64,000 bases of DNA from Saccostrea cucullata (Eukaryota): the NCBI RefSeq assembly GCF_032062105.1, contig NW_026927339.1:186001-250000 (forward strand), read 5' to 3'. Every line of letters begins with the position of its first letter. The stretch's first letter is position 1. Under the pieces are notes generated by a model, which was not told the DNA's origin, did no database searches, and saw nothing but the letters and a program-made list of their open reading frames with translations. The position numbers were made by a program, and so were the translations under genes. Of the stretch, positions 48,512-62,167 are shown one piece after another.

Positions 48512-50246
48512 ATGGAGGTACTTGAGATAGAGGAGACGATCGCCGGTGTGTGGTCATTTCACAGGGACGAGAATCTGGATGGATACCTCAAAGAATGTGG
48601 TAAGGAAAATACAATTTAGTAAAAATTTGATACTTACGTTCAATATTCGACTTTTTTTCAAAGATTGTTTACAGTGTGTATAAAGAAATATTACACATTA
48701 TATTAAACCTAAAGAGTCAAAGATATTTGGGATGAGAGAAGGAGAAATAGAAAAAGAAAGTCTTTGTGAATGCGTGCTTCTATTTGCATTACTTAGATAT
48801 GCTTCTTTTTACAATTTTACTTTGAAAGTGGTCTTACATTTGTTTTCCTTCACTAGGTGTAAATTTCATCTTACGTAAGCTTGCCCGGGCTGCCTGCCTC
48901 TGTATTACAATGGTGATCTCTATAGAGGAGGGTCAGTTACGGATACAAAACAAAGGCCCTAAAAACACAGACCACAAAGCTCACCTGGGAACAGAGATCC
49001 ACATTACAGACTTGAATCATAATCCTATGATGGTATTTTTTTTTCTTTCTTTTTTTTTTTTTTGATTAGGCAATTTTTAAAGGAATAAAATGAATGCCAC
49101 TTTTAAGGACGACAAATGATTGCATTTTTATTAAATCAGTCAAATTTTCTTTTCAAAAATCGCTTTACGTTTTTTTCCTTTTTTTTTTTTTGTATCAACT
49201 GATGTTGGATTTATTTATTTATTTTTCATTTTTCATTTGTCATGTTGTTCGAGTTATTTTTATCTATTTGACTTACTGATGGCAATTTCTATTTATTTAT
49301 TCTAGCTTTACAGCAATTCAGTATGTTTAAAAAAAAATGACTAGCTTTCAAAAAATTTGACGGCAAATTCTACTATAGAAAACCAAGCTTACCTAATTAT
49401 ATATGTCATATCTTGAAAATAGAAGTTTTTTAATTTATGCGTACACGCTTGTACCGCGTGTTGTGAATTACAGACACTGGTTTTTATTTGAGTTTTGTTT
49501 GACGTAAAAACACTGCACAATGAACCATGGTAGCATGAGAAAAAAGTTATCCATCACTTGTTAATATAACACGCTGGGATGGCCATGATTCACTTCAAAA
49601 TAATAGTTATACAGAGTTCTGCAAACAAACAGATTTCTTGATGATTAAAAGTTCTGATAATTCCGTCATTTAAACCCCTAGTGGCGTGTTGTTCATTTAA
49701 ACCCTGTACTGAGCGACCTTACTTTTGACAGGTCCCTATAATTAAGTATTTTTAAGCTGCTATGTGTGTATTGTTGATTCACAGGAGGTACACACGTGGG
49801 CTAACAATCAGCTGATTACAATGTCTAGACCTACAGAGGGCTCTAAAGCACTTCCTACAAAGGTCATACGGGAACTGGTGGATGGCCATTTAGTCATGGT
49901 AAATAATTCTGTTAAACATTTTTTTTTTATATTGACATATTAAATACTGATTGTCATTTCTTAATTTATTACGACATATTCAATGATTATCGTAAAGTGT
50001 ATGATCATAAATATTTATTTGGCTATATGATTGGAATTTTGATAATGTTAATTTAAAATCATTTTGTTTTAGGTTCTTCAAATTAGTTTCATTTTATAAT
50101 GCACGTATCTTAAATTGAATATTTCAATCTGTATTATTTGCTAAAAATTTCTAATTTTTCTAATGATGTCATTTTTTGATATTATTTTGTAGACTCTCCT
50201 GGTAAACGATGTTGTCTGTAAAATGATTTATAAACGGAAAAGTTAA
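48512..50246 (+). CDS. Fatty acid-binding protein / intracellular lipid-binding protein (FABP/CRABP family), 143 aa. Exons 48512-48599, 48857-49032, 49785-49898, 50193-50246
   Basis: MEVLEIEETIAGVWSFHRDENLDGYLKECG|VNFILRKLARAA..HLGTEIHITDLNHNPMM|EVHTWANNQLITMSRPTEGSKALPTKVIRELVDGHLVM|TLLVNDVVCKMIYKRKS*. It has the GxW..EN.D.YLK..G signature, the RE motif and the canonical iLBP 4-exon layout with intron phases 1,0,0. AATAAA is at about 50585. An acceptor-like site at 48508 suggests an upstream UTR exon. Confidence 0.93.
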
Positions 50247-50759
50247 TCAGTCATCACAAAAGAAAAATGGAAAACTCAAAGGAGTGGACGTAAAATCCAC
50301 AGCTACTGTCCATCTGTCAACTGTGTTTAGTGTTTCAAGCTCAGGAACTGCATTAGTGTGTACATCGAAGACTTGTTATGTTGGATGTAGCAGAACTGCA
50401 AAATGTGAATGTTAGTGGCGGATCCAAGTACATGTAACCGTGTGAATGGAAATGACATACTGGGTGCCACGTTATCTGAACAAATCAATATATGGTGCTG
50501 TTTTTGTGTGATAATTCATGAGATATTGTTATTATTACATTGTTTTTTTTATTTCTGAAAGAAATGTTTTACGATCAATGTTAGAATAAAGATCGATGAT
50601 TGAAAACAATATTTTACTAGATAAATCCAGCAAAAATATATATCTTCAAAACATTCATTTTTTAATGACCGTTTTGTCTGTTTGTTTAGTTCTCTTATCT
50701 GCTAAAATATTTTTAAGAAGGATTCCAATACTCAAAATATGCTATGGGGATAATGAGGA

Positions 50760-51270
50760 CAAAATCGGTGTATTAATAATGGACTTACTATTAGTATAGA
50801 AAAGTCATTCAGCATTTGTCTTAATGACAATTTGTATTTGCTGACAAAGTCATTGTATCGACTATAAAGCTTATGAAATTATGACTTTAAACGATATTTC
50901 TGATATTCTTGTTTCATCAACCTGCTTGTCAATAATTTACCTCGTTTTAGAAATTGTTCATAAGTAGAACATGCTTTTGCGTATCGAATCAATAGAGATG
51001 CATAAACTCCGTATTGCAGGTGATGGTGATGAAGGTACTAGTATATATTGCTGCATACATGTAAAGGAAGTTACGATAAAAATGCCATCACATTTATCAT
51101 AGAGCTTGGTTGTTGGATTAACATTAACGTCTTTGTCAAGTAAAAAATCCAAATATGAAACAGATGTGTCAAACTCTGTGGTATCTTTTTTCTCAAGCTC
51201 ACTCGGATATATCGAACCTGCACATGCACGAATGGAAATCACAATTGTTATAACTGACAATACGTCGTCT
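50760..51270 (-). mobile_element. Penelope-like RT fragment
   Basis: ORF 50958..51260 IYPSELEKKDTTEFDTSVSYLDFLL..TKLYDK. Confidence 0.8.
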
Positions 51271-54200
51271 AAAAACTTACATCTTTAGAAATTGTTTTTT
51301 TTTTTGAAAGATGCCTTAGCCCATTTAAGCAACTGGGAGACATGAACTCTATATACAGATGACAAGGGTATTTATCGCTACATACGTAATAGAAGTTGAC
51401 ACTTGAAAAGAAGTCATCAAGTTTATCATAAACCAGGGTTGTAAGGTTATTACGGTCTTATTCTAGTACAATATCCAAATATCAAACAGAGTATCACTCA
51501 GTGGTATCTTTTATTCCAAGCTCATTGAGATATATCGAGTCGACATTTGAATGGTAGTGTCTATAGTTAATTGTTAATACCTCATCGATATACCCAAATA
51601 TCAAATCCAATTATGAAAATGATTTGTCAGATTCAGTATCTTTAATTTCCAGTTCAAATGGATATATCGAAATTAGGTTGTAATAAAAATTAATAATGTT
51701 AATTGAAAATCTAGCTGTTATTCTATTTTTCGGCGGTATTGACCTTGTCAAATCAGTATTGCATCAATAATAAATACTTGTGTAATCTTTTGGCAGGGAA
51801 AGCTTACTCCTCCTAGGCATGTAGTCCCATCTCTAGGTTTCAAAGAGCTCGTGTTTATCTCCTTTTCAAAGATTCGATATCTTTACTAGATTCATGAGAT
51901 TGATCACTGTTCGTTACGTTTAAAATTTGCACATAAAACAGCCATGTTTGTTCGATGTAAAGAAATTCATATGTGCAAAATAATTTAATGCGAGTATTAA
52001 ATGGTCGAATTGACATAATTTTGTATTTTACTTCCGATCTCTATTGGAAAAAGCATTGCTGTTTGCAGTGTTTATAATTAGCCACACAGACAACAGCTAC
52101 ATGTTCCATCAAAATGCAGAAGGTACACATGTTCTTTTATTATTGGTTTTTGTTCAGCAGCATAAGGTAAGCAAATGCTACAAATTTTGCATCTGACATA
52201 GTGCATAATAAGTGCTTTCTGTGCTCTAGTACCAAATATTTGATCTGAAAATTGGTCTGACAACTTTTTTACTCTAAATGTAACTTTATCACTTTAGACT
52301 AAGATCTCATTACTAACATTCTGTCAAATAATTGTGGATGAGGACGGGTGGGAAGATTTTGATAAGGGAGATAAAGATACAGGGCGTCTGTGGATTTCCC
52401 TTTTTGGGTAACATTGATAAATTCTGTCCTGAAAAAAAATAACAGGATTTGATCGATTTTTTACCTCGTTATTGCAGTTGCACAAGGATTTTTATTTGTT
52501 ATGTGGTTTTTGTTCTCTTTAAACGACAATCAATGACGATAATGTTTTAAATTCTAGGATGTTTGCTATTAAAACAGATGAAATTATAAATTATTCAGTT
52601 ATAAATAATATGCCCCTTTTAATGTAAAAAAAATAATATTATAAATAAAGGACATTTTCATATGTTATGTGTTCGTCGTAATATACTTTGAAATAAACAG
52701 TTATGAGAACATGTATTAAGTGACGATGTCAAAAAATAAATGTGAAGATGAAGTTCATTAAATTGTAGTTGCAAAACATGATCCACTACTACAGAAAAAG
52801 TTACTCCAGACTAAAAAAAGTTAAATAATTCCTTTTGATAACAGAATGCCCAGTAATCGAAGTTTTGCACAACTTATTAATCTGCAATATACGTAAACAA
52901 TCAAAAGTTTCTAACGATCGTGGAGATATTAAATCATTTAATAGATTGATCTACTCTTCTGTTTTCTTACACTACTTTACAAGTCAACGAAGTCACATAT
53001 GATTTGTTTGTGTAGCAAGATAATGCACGTGTTGATTAAATGGTCAAATGCGTTGCATAAAAGCATATCAACGCCAATGCATCGTAAAAAATTTTTATTA
53101 AATAGGGACACAGTTATAATTTTTGAGTGATTAGTATAATAGATGCTACGAATATATTTGCTGTTTTATTTTCCTGTGACCTAATAGATGTTTCCCCTTG
53201 TCGGAAAAATGTAAACATTAAGTGTTTATTTCTTGATCAATAAGATTCTCTGCTATATTATGGTAAGCTTTACATTTTGATTTTCGGAGTTATATTTTCA
53301 GTTGTATATCGTCTTGCATAACAAAATGGCAGACATATGTATGCGAGGAACATTATAAGTGCAGAGTGACAGTTATGATAATTTCTAAGGCATCTATGTT
53401 TGTTCCATCATCCCTGCAGTGAATATGTTGCTCTTTTAATTTAGATTATAGGAAAAATCTTCTGAATAGCAAAGTACTTAGTTACTAGGCTGTTGAGAGT
53501 CTTCAGGATCGACTAAAAGTCCACCAGCAGATGCCTCAACCAGGGATAATAATATGTAAATGACGAAAAACATAAAAAGAAAAATAATTGAATTTTGAAA
53601 TTAAACTCAAAATTCAAAATAAAACTTTTATACCTGCTGTTTATATCTCCCAACTTATTCGATACTAAAGAGTATGCTCAGCGTACGACCAATTGAGAAC
53701 CCGAGTCAGACTACTTACAGATAAGTTGATCTTACATGGATTTTAATAACCTTTCAAAGTCAGACTTTAATGAATGATGTGGCCTTTATAAGGTATATGA
53801 TAATATAACCATTAATTGGGACGTATTTAGGCTGACTTGTTTCACATCAATTGTTTTAAAGACCTTTGTTTCTTTATACTTTAAATGATTGTGTATACCT
53901 CATTAATATATTGGTCTCACTGCAGGGGTGACGTATCAACAGGGGATATTATCTCCTCTAATGCACCTGCTCCCATCCCTGGAATTAAAAACAAATCATT
54001 GTGTTTATAGAAATGTTAAAATTACAATAATGCACTTACGTAATATACCACGGAATATAAAAATCACGATCGAACAGTAGTCAAGCTCAAAGGTCCATTG
54101 AATACATTCAGATTGAAAGCAGACAAAACATGAAAATGTAAAATAATCAAAGGTGGGATCAGGTGCCATGGAGTAGTGAACATCTCCTGTAGACTGGTTA

Positions 54201-57050
54201 CGCCCGCCATGTGATCTATATTATGATCTGACAAACGGAAAAAATCATTCGTATACAATTTGGTATAAAAATAATGGTCTAACAAATTGTATGAAGAAAG
54301 TCATTAAACATTTGAGTTAATGAAGCATATAAGTCATTTTTCGGGAAATTTAGCCTTTTTAAAGAAAATTAAATCTGATTATTTACCAAAACCGCTGATA
54401 AACGTCAACTAAAATTTTTCATTGCATCAAGATAAAAGAGTGTCTAACGCAACGACGTGCACCACCACCACCGCATCACGTGACTTCTTTTTATAGCCAA
54501 AATTTTCCTTAATAAAAAAGCGACCAGAACAACAATACCCCAGAGTTTAATAATTTTATTCTTTGAGTAAATAATGTAGTTGAATAACATCTATTTTGCC
54601 TAAAAAGTGCTGCTAGAATCCCACTGTCCCGGCAGTAAAATAATTATTCCACACATTCGCACGAAACCTTACCACATGTCTTAAGTTTTTAACCTATGAA
54701 CCGAGATTTTTCGCAAACCGTGCTTAACTTGGAATTCTAGCAGCATTTTCCAAGTATTGTAGGGTGCAAACTTTCCATCTGTACAAATTTTATGTTTTGA
54801 AATATACAGCTTATTGTTGTTCTGTTGCAATTTCTTGTCTCAAATGACAGAGGAAAGGTCGACCGGGATACGAATATAGCTGGCTGTCTCTGAAAGAGAA
54901 TAAAATAAATGAAAATAATTTAGCATACCTGTTTTATTAACTGAACTCCATATGAATATCACAAAATATTCACGATATTTGCTTTTAAACTTCATTTTAT
55001 GTATCTTTGTTCATGCCGTCATAGCCAAATTCTCTTTACACGACATGATCTATTCCCGATCAATTCCCAAGTTACTTGATGTACAATATGACGTCATCGG
55101 TGGTAGATTTTAATCAAAATGACAGAACACCTCATAACGAAATAATATGTAGTCCCATCGCTGGATTTCTAGGGGTTAGTAGTGTTTATCACCCTTTCCA
55201 CGATTCGATATCTTTACTAGATCCATGAGATTGACCATGTTCGTAATGTTCAAAATTGAACATAAAGCGGCCATTTTTGTGATATAAAGAAATGCCTGTG
55301 TTCAAAATTACTAAATGCGAGTATTAATGGGTCGAACTGACATAATTTTGTATTTTACTTCCGATCTTTATTGGAAAAAGCATTGCTGTTTGCAGTGTTT
55401 ATATATAGTCTCAAAAACAACAGCTACATGTTCCATCAAAATGCAGAAGGTGCACGTTTTCTTTTATTATTGGTTTTTGCTCAGCATAAAGTAAGTAAAT
55501 GCTACATTTTTTGCATTTGACATAGTGCATTATAAGTGTTCTCGGTGTCCTGGCACCAAATATTTGATCGGCAGATTGGTCTGTCTGACAACTCTTCTAC
55601 TTTAAATATAACTTTATCACTTTAGACTAAGATCACATTACTAACATTCTGTCAAATAATTGTGGATGAGGACGGATGGGAAGTTTTTAACAAGGGAGAT
55701 AAAGATACAGGGCGTCTGTGGATTTCCCTTTTGGGGTTACATTTATACTTTCTGCCCTGAAAATAATAGCACGATTTGATCGATTAATGACCTAGTTATT
55801 GCAGATGCAGAAGGATTTTTATTTGTTATGTGGTATTTGTTCTCTTGTAAACGGCAATCAGTGACGAAATGTTTTAACTCTAGGATTTTTGTTATAAAAA
55901 CAAATGAAAAAATGAATAATTCAGATTATAAATAAAATACCCCTTTAAATTCAAAGGAAAAATAATATAATAAATGAAGTACATTTTTTTATATGTCTTG
56001 TGTTCGTCTTAATATACTTTGAAATAAAGAGTTATTTGCCCCTCGGTGACAGGAAAGCCCTGGAGTGTTATGACACTCGATGCTGAACATGTATTACGAG
56101 ACTATGTCAAAAAACTCTAAATAAATATGACGAATATTAAGTTCATATTTTCGTTGCAAAACATGATCCGCTACTAAAGAAATAAATAACTACTGCATAC
56201 TAGAATTTTTGTTTTAAAATAGAAAAATAATTCTATAGATAATATAATGCCCAGTAATCGCAGATTCAGGGGGCATATAGTTTTTGCCCTGTGCACTCGT
56301 CTCTTTGTCTGTTTGTTTGTCTGTAACACCTTTTACATTGCCCATAACTTCTGACTGATAAGAGCATACTTCAGTTGCATATTCCCTTTCTTGGGTAAAA
56401 ATATTTTGATCTTTTTCTTGGTTTTTGGTCTTCTTTTAAAAACCGTAAGCCTTGTCCATAACTTTAAAAAAGTTATTGCTCGAGCTCTAATATTTCACAA
56501 GTTTTTTCCTTGTGATAAGCGTTTCTTGGAAGTTGGGTACGAATATTTCTGACATTTTCACCTTGATTTGGTTGTTGGGAGGGACTTCATATTTCACAAG
56601 TGCATTCCTTGTGACAAGTCCATCACTTGGATACAAATAATTTTGACCCTTTTATTTTGACCTTGGAGTTTGGCCTAATTTTAAAAACATTTATCAAATG
56701 AGCATAGAGAACAAGACATGTCAAATGGTTCAATTGACTGTATGAGAGTCTCTGTTTATGCACTACTAAACGTTGTAAAAATAATCTGCACTGTGTAATT
56801 TTGCACAACTTATTAAGCTGCAACATATATAAACAACCAAAAATTTCTAACAATCGTGGAGCTATTAAAACAATGTGAATAGATTGATCTATTCTGCTGT
56901 TTCCTTACACCACTTTACAAGTCATTGAAGTCACATATAATTTGTTTGTGTAAAAAGATCTTTTTTTCAGCTCAAGGTCCTGCTCCTCTTTAAGTGATGT
57001 ATTGTCTTCAAAACAAGCAGAAAACACACACACAATCACACGCACAGAGC

Positions 57051-57053
<3 letters not shown>

Positions 57054-57090
<37 letters not shown>
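57054..57090. repeat. (GA)n microsatellite
   Basis: Directly visible. Confidence 0.95.
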
Positions 57091-57094
<4 letters not shown>

Positions 57095-57454
57095 TAATAC
57101 TTTTTAGCTGATAGCATATTGCATAACTAAATGACAGACACATGCATTCCAGAAACATTATTACTGCCGAGAGACAGTTATGGTAATTTCTAAGGAAGTT
57201 ATGTTTGCTGCATCATCCCTGTATTAAATATGTTGCTCTTTTGTTTGAGATTACACATGAGAAGGAAAATGTTGTGAGTAGCAAAGTATCAGGGACTAAA
57301 AAGTCCATCAGCAGAGGCCTCAACCCAGGGGTCATAATGGTATTGACGAAAAAAACCTTGAAAAGAAAAAAACACATCGAATTTTGAAATTAAAATAAAA
57401 AATTAAAGCTTTTCAAAGTCAGACTTTAATGAAGGATGAGGCCTTTATAATTAA

Positions 57455-60400
57455 GAGTCAAAATCAGCAAGCATCGAGCATTTAGTTAAAAAATGTGGAA
57501 AGTGGCATAGAAACAGATTTGGTTAAAACTCATATATAAATTTTCAGAACAAAGGGTATGATAGAAAAAAGCAAGCAAAAATAATTTTTCGCATTGTTGC
57601 TATGGAAACCACGCGCCTTTCCGATAGCGTGTTTTGTAGTTTATCATGACACTTGAATTTATGGTTAAACAAATACTTTTTTATTACTAGTCATTAAAAA
57701 AAGCTTTTTTAAATTATTATTTTATTTATATAAATATACTCTATTTTAGCAACTGTTGATTTTTGAAATTCTCTTCACCTTTTGATAAATATAACTAGTT
57801 TTTGGAGGTTTATTTTGCTTTAAAAGACAGCAAATTTGAAGTACTTTATAAGAAATCTACAACCACATTAAAGCTTATCAACATAAAATATTTATTAAAC
57901 AGTATTTGTTCTAGAAGAATCATGAAAAAAATCTGCAGGCAACTAAAGCATTTACATATGATAACTGATTTAAATCCATATTTTCCTGAAACTTTTGCTT
58001 CAAATTACCTCCCTTTGGTGTAGCTCTCTAACATAGGAGGAATAAACGGTGGTTTGCTTACATTGTTTTCAATAACAATGTACCAGAAGACTAGTAGAAA
58101 ATTACAAACTTGGAGCGGTCTGAGCCTCAGTTTTGGCGTTTTCATGGGTCTTAATTATGGTGAGTGATTGATTTTTTTTTCCAGTTACCATTACAACAGT
58201 TACTAAAGCATGATTAGCATAAATTAATCATGCAGTAAGATTTGTACACTTGACAATCAAGTGTTTTTGTACATTTTAATTTAATTTAAATAATTCTGAT
58301 TGATTACATATGTTAGCATTATTTAAGTATTTTATAATATTAAAAAGAAAGATTATGCATGGCTCGTGGAACAAAGAGGAGGGGGTATGTCCCCCCCCCC
58401 CCTAATATTGCCGATATTAAACAATAATATCAATTTATCATGATAAAATAAATTTAATCCCCCAACTTAGATTGTATCTGTGGACCTAACGTGAAAAGGT
58501 TGGTCAGTCACATCACTGTATCACAAATTATAAAGTTTAATTTTAATTTAGTTTATAATTTTGATTTGTCGTATTCACGGTATGTATGCAACCAAAGTCA
58601 CTCACCAGCTACAATGATTATAATTCATAAATTGATAGTCTGGTAAATCAAAATTTTGTAAAGAAGATATTTTTATTTAACATTTAAGATAATACCTGCT
58701 TTTCACATGAAAAAAAAGATATGAATCTATGAAACCAACACTATTATGAAATATTTGTAAAATTGAAAGACTTTTGTTAGGGCGTCCGTAAAAAAAAATG
58801 AAAAGGAGGAAGGGGGTTAACTCTGTTACTGTACTTAATATTTTTAGTTTAGGAAAGGGGATTACCTCGGAAGTATTGTGATACAGACAACTGTATAAAG
58901 TAGTGTACTAGTGGTAACTGAATTGTAAATATACCACAGCAAAATAATGAATTAAAAAAAAAACTTTTTGCTGCTGTCATCCAGTGTTTACCTATAAAAG
59001 AAAATTCATGTCCAGCTAACATTTTCTCCGGTACCACTGAACTAATTTAAGCCTACTAGGTTCAAATAATAAGCATCATTAGATTGAAAGCACAAAAATG
59101 TTACGAAATGAATATCTATATGCCATTTATTCTTTGGGGGGGGGGGGTAATGGAAAGATATGAAAAACATAATTTAGAGTTTTGACAAAATGACAAAAAC
59201 CTAGAATCAGTTGACCTTTTTATTATCTAATTTGTGTTGTTCACTTCTGTTTTTAGAATGAAATTCGGCACTTTGAAGTCAAACTCGGGAAGAAGCAGAA
59301 ACAGAATTGAATGAGCTGATAATTAGAATAACACAGGAAAAACATGTAAATAATACATTAAAATTAGTAGAAACGTTAATTTTTTTAAATAAAATGATAA
59401 ACCATTGAGATTTCTTGGAATTTAATTGATTTCAATAATCATGCTTGCATTCATCACCATTGTTCAAGCTCAACTAGACATTGATCCTAGTAAATGAAGA
59501 CAAAGCTGTATAATATTATTACATTTTAATTTTATCACTTTTTCAGATTCCGAGAATACATTATTACAGTACAGGCCCATTGATGCAGGAAGTGAGTGGA
59601 TAGTACATGTAATACCCTCAGGGAGCCAGAAAATAAATCCATAAATTGTATTCATTAAAGTGGATCAAATAAAAATGTTCAATCCAAAAGTAACATTCTT
59701 TGTTTGTCTGTTATCAATTTTGTATCGATGTAAATCTAATGACTATCACTTTTTGGCATGCAGATTCATAATAAGATAGTAGAAGAATCTGAAACATATC
59801 TTTATATTCTGCATTTTGAAGTATATGTATCATATATAATTAAAACAAGGTCAATATTAAACTAGAACTGTCCAAATGGGACAAAATACCCCCGCTGGGT
59901 TTTGTTTAGAGGTGCTAAATCTTGAATATTTTATGGATCTAAGAGAAGAGAGAAATGCTAAAACATTTTTAGTGCAAATGTAGTTGCTCATTAATTTTTT
60001 ATAAATGAAACGAAGGCGCAGCCTAAAAAAAAAGACTTTATATACAGATCAGACACAAATTATTAACTTCTTCTTCAGTGACCTTGAACTTGCATAAATG
60101 ACTTTGGTATAAAGTCATGACACAAACTCAGGTGTGTATTCAAGTTTTTCAATTATAAACAAGAATTAGGAAATTTTTCTTCTAGTGTCCTTGAACTTCC
60201 CCAAATGACCTTTGGTCAAGGTCATGACACACCCTTAGGTCATGGGCAATCTTTGTGTGGAGAAGTAGATTCTAATGTTCCTCTAGAAGAAAGATATGGA
60301 CCGGACACTTTTGCACAGCTAGACAGACGGACGGTCAAACTGATTCCTATATACCCCCAATCAATCAATTAATTTCAAAACTGACAAAATATTTTTGTGA

Positions 60401-62167
60401 GAGAAAAAAATGAGGACTAGTTTAATACAAAGCTTTCATTTTAAATATTTCACTTTATAGCATTCTTATAATTTTTTTTAGAGTCAGTTGAAGTTTGAGA
60501 CATTCATTTATATACATATATAAATAGCCCTTGTAGATTTTCATTTTTGGTACTTAGAGATCTTAGCTGTCATGAAATATTGTTTCTTAATTAGGGCAAT
60601 TTTGAAAGTGCATGGTGTTGGGTAGGCATAGATAAAACTGCAAGAAAAAAAAAGAAAAGTGGGGAATTTCTCCAAACTCAGGGGGATGGGGCTTTCAGTG
60701 AATATCAGGTTACGTTGTGTGTCATCCCCCCCCCTAAGCAACCCAAAACTGATGCCACATGCCTGATTGATATGGTTTTACTTTAAAATTATATGATGTG
60801 TCAAAGTGATTCTCTTTTATAAACTAGCATTATTGTGAGCAAGCTCATTAAGTGATTACCCACCCTCCTGCTATTGCATAAAATGTTTTAATTACAAACA
60901 AAGGTCCAAATATTTATTTAAAACCTTTTTAAAACTTTGCAATACAGATATACATATCCAAATGAATATGACATATACTCAAGTCATAGGTAGTAAAACC
61001 TTTAAATTGTGTAGAGCACAAACTTCCGATTTCTCTTCATTCGAAGTTATAAGAATATGTAAATGTACCAAACTCATATAGTACACTTTTACTGCAGTGA
61101 CCTTGAAAAAGCTATGTCCTTGAGTCAAGGTCAAACATGTCCAAATGAACTTTGGTCATAGTCATGACAAACCCACAGCTCAAGAACAATCCCTGAGAAG
61201 AAATTGTAAGTCTTTCCATTAGAATGGGCAACGATTGCACTATTCCTCTACCAATGACCTTGAAATTTTTCAAATGACCTTGGGTCAAGTTTTGGACACA
61301 TCTCCAGATCTTAAGCAATCTTAATATCAAGTATGAACGTTCATTGGTGCTTCATTGAAATGTTATGAACATGTAAAAATTTAACATACATATGGAGGGA
61401 TGAACAAGGTGATTCCTATAAACCCCCCCCCCTTTTTTTTTCAAGTTTCGATTGTGATGAATATAAAATTCCTTTTTGAAATAATTGAATGTGCATTTAT
61501 TTATCAACAATAGTAAAATTATGAGTATGCTTTGATCAGAATCAATATGACCAATATAATGGGCACTGTACATGTAATCAATTACCCCCACCCCTTCAAA
61601 ATAGCTTAAATAAATGCCAGATTGTCACACATTTTAACCATTTGTAACTTTTTTCTACTAAAGTTGCCTGCAAATTTTATTGTATAGATATGACATATAG
61701 ATAACCCCTAACAAGATCACAGCATTCATTTTTCCAGCAGTGGTTGTAGATTTCGCATATAAAGTGATAAACATATGTATTTTTTTCAAAATTAATAAGC
61801 ATTGACGCCATGTTCTTTTCCCGTTGTCATGGCAACAATATCACTACAGAAATTTTGTTTTTCCTATTTTTTAAGAATAAAGTAATTCCATCCTTTAACA
61901 AAAAAGTAACCAAAATACCTTATCTTATCACGTTCAGAAAACATATTCATAGAAAAATGTCTAAAAATCATTGATTTTCATAAGGATTTATGGGCCCGTT
62001 GCTAGGGAAATGAATTTCCTTGGATACCAGACCCTTCATACGTTCAAAAAAAAATTTTAATTGTGTTTTAGCATAAGTTAGGACAAAATATTTTATATAA
62101 CAAAAGCTTTTTGAAAAATAAAATTTTGAATTTCCATTCAATGCTCGATGCTTGCTGATTTTGACTC
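57455..62167. mobile_element. 4.7-kb non-autonomous DNA transposon with TTAA TSD and 28-bp perfect TIRs (Kolobok-like)
   Basis: TTAA|GAGTCAAAATCAGCAAGCATCGAGCATT ... AATGCTCGATGCTTGCTGATTTTGACTC|TTAA. RR..YY termini with a TTAA target fit Kolobok rather than piggyBac. The homologous empty site is at about 53785-53800. Confidence 0.9.

Noticed and set aside
52078-52263. Cys-rich 61-aa ORF in the triplicated unit
   Set aside because: The frame is not preserved in the other two copies (indels) and there is no recognisable domain.
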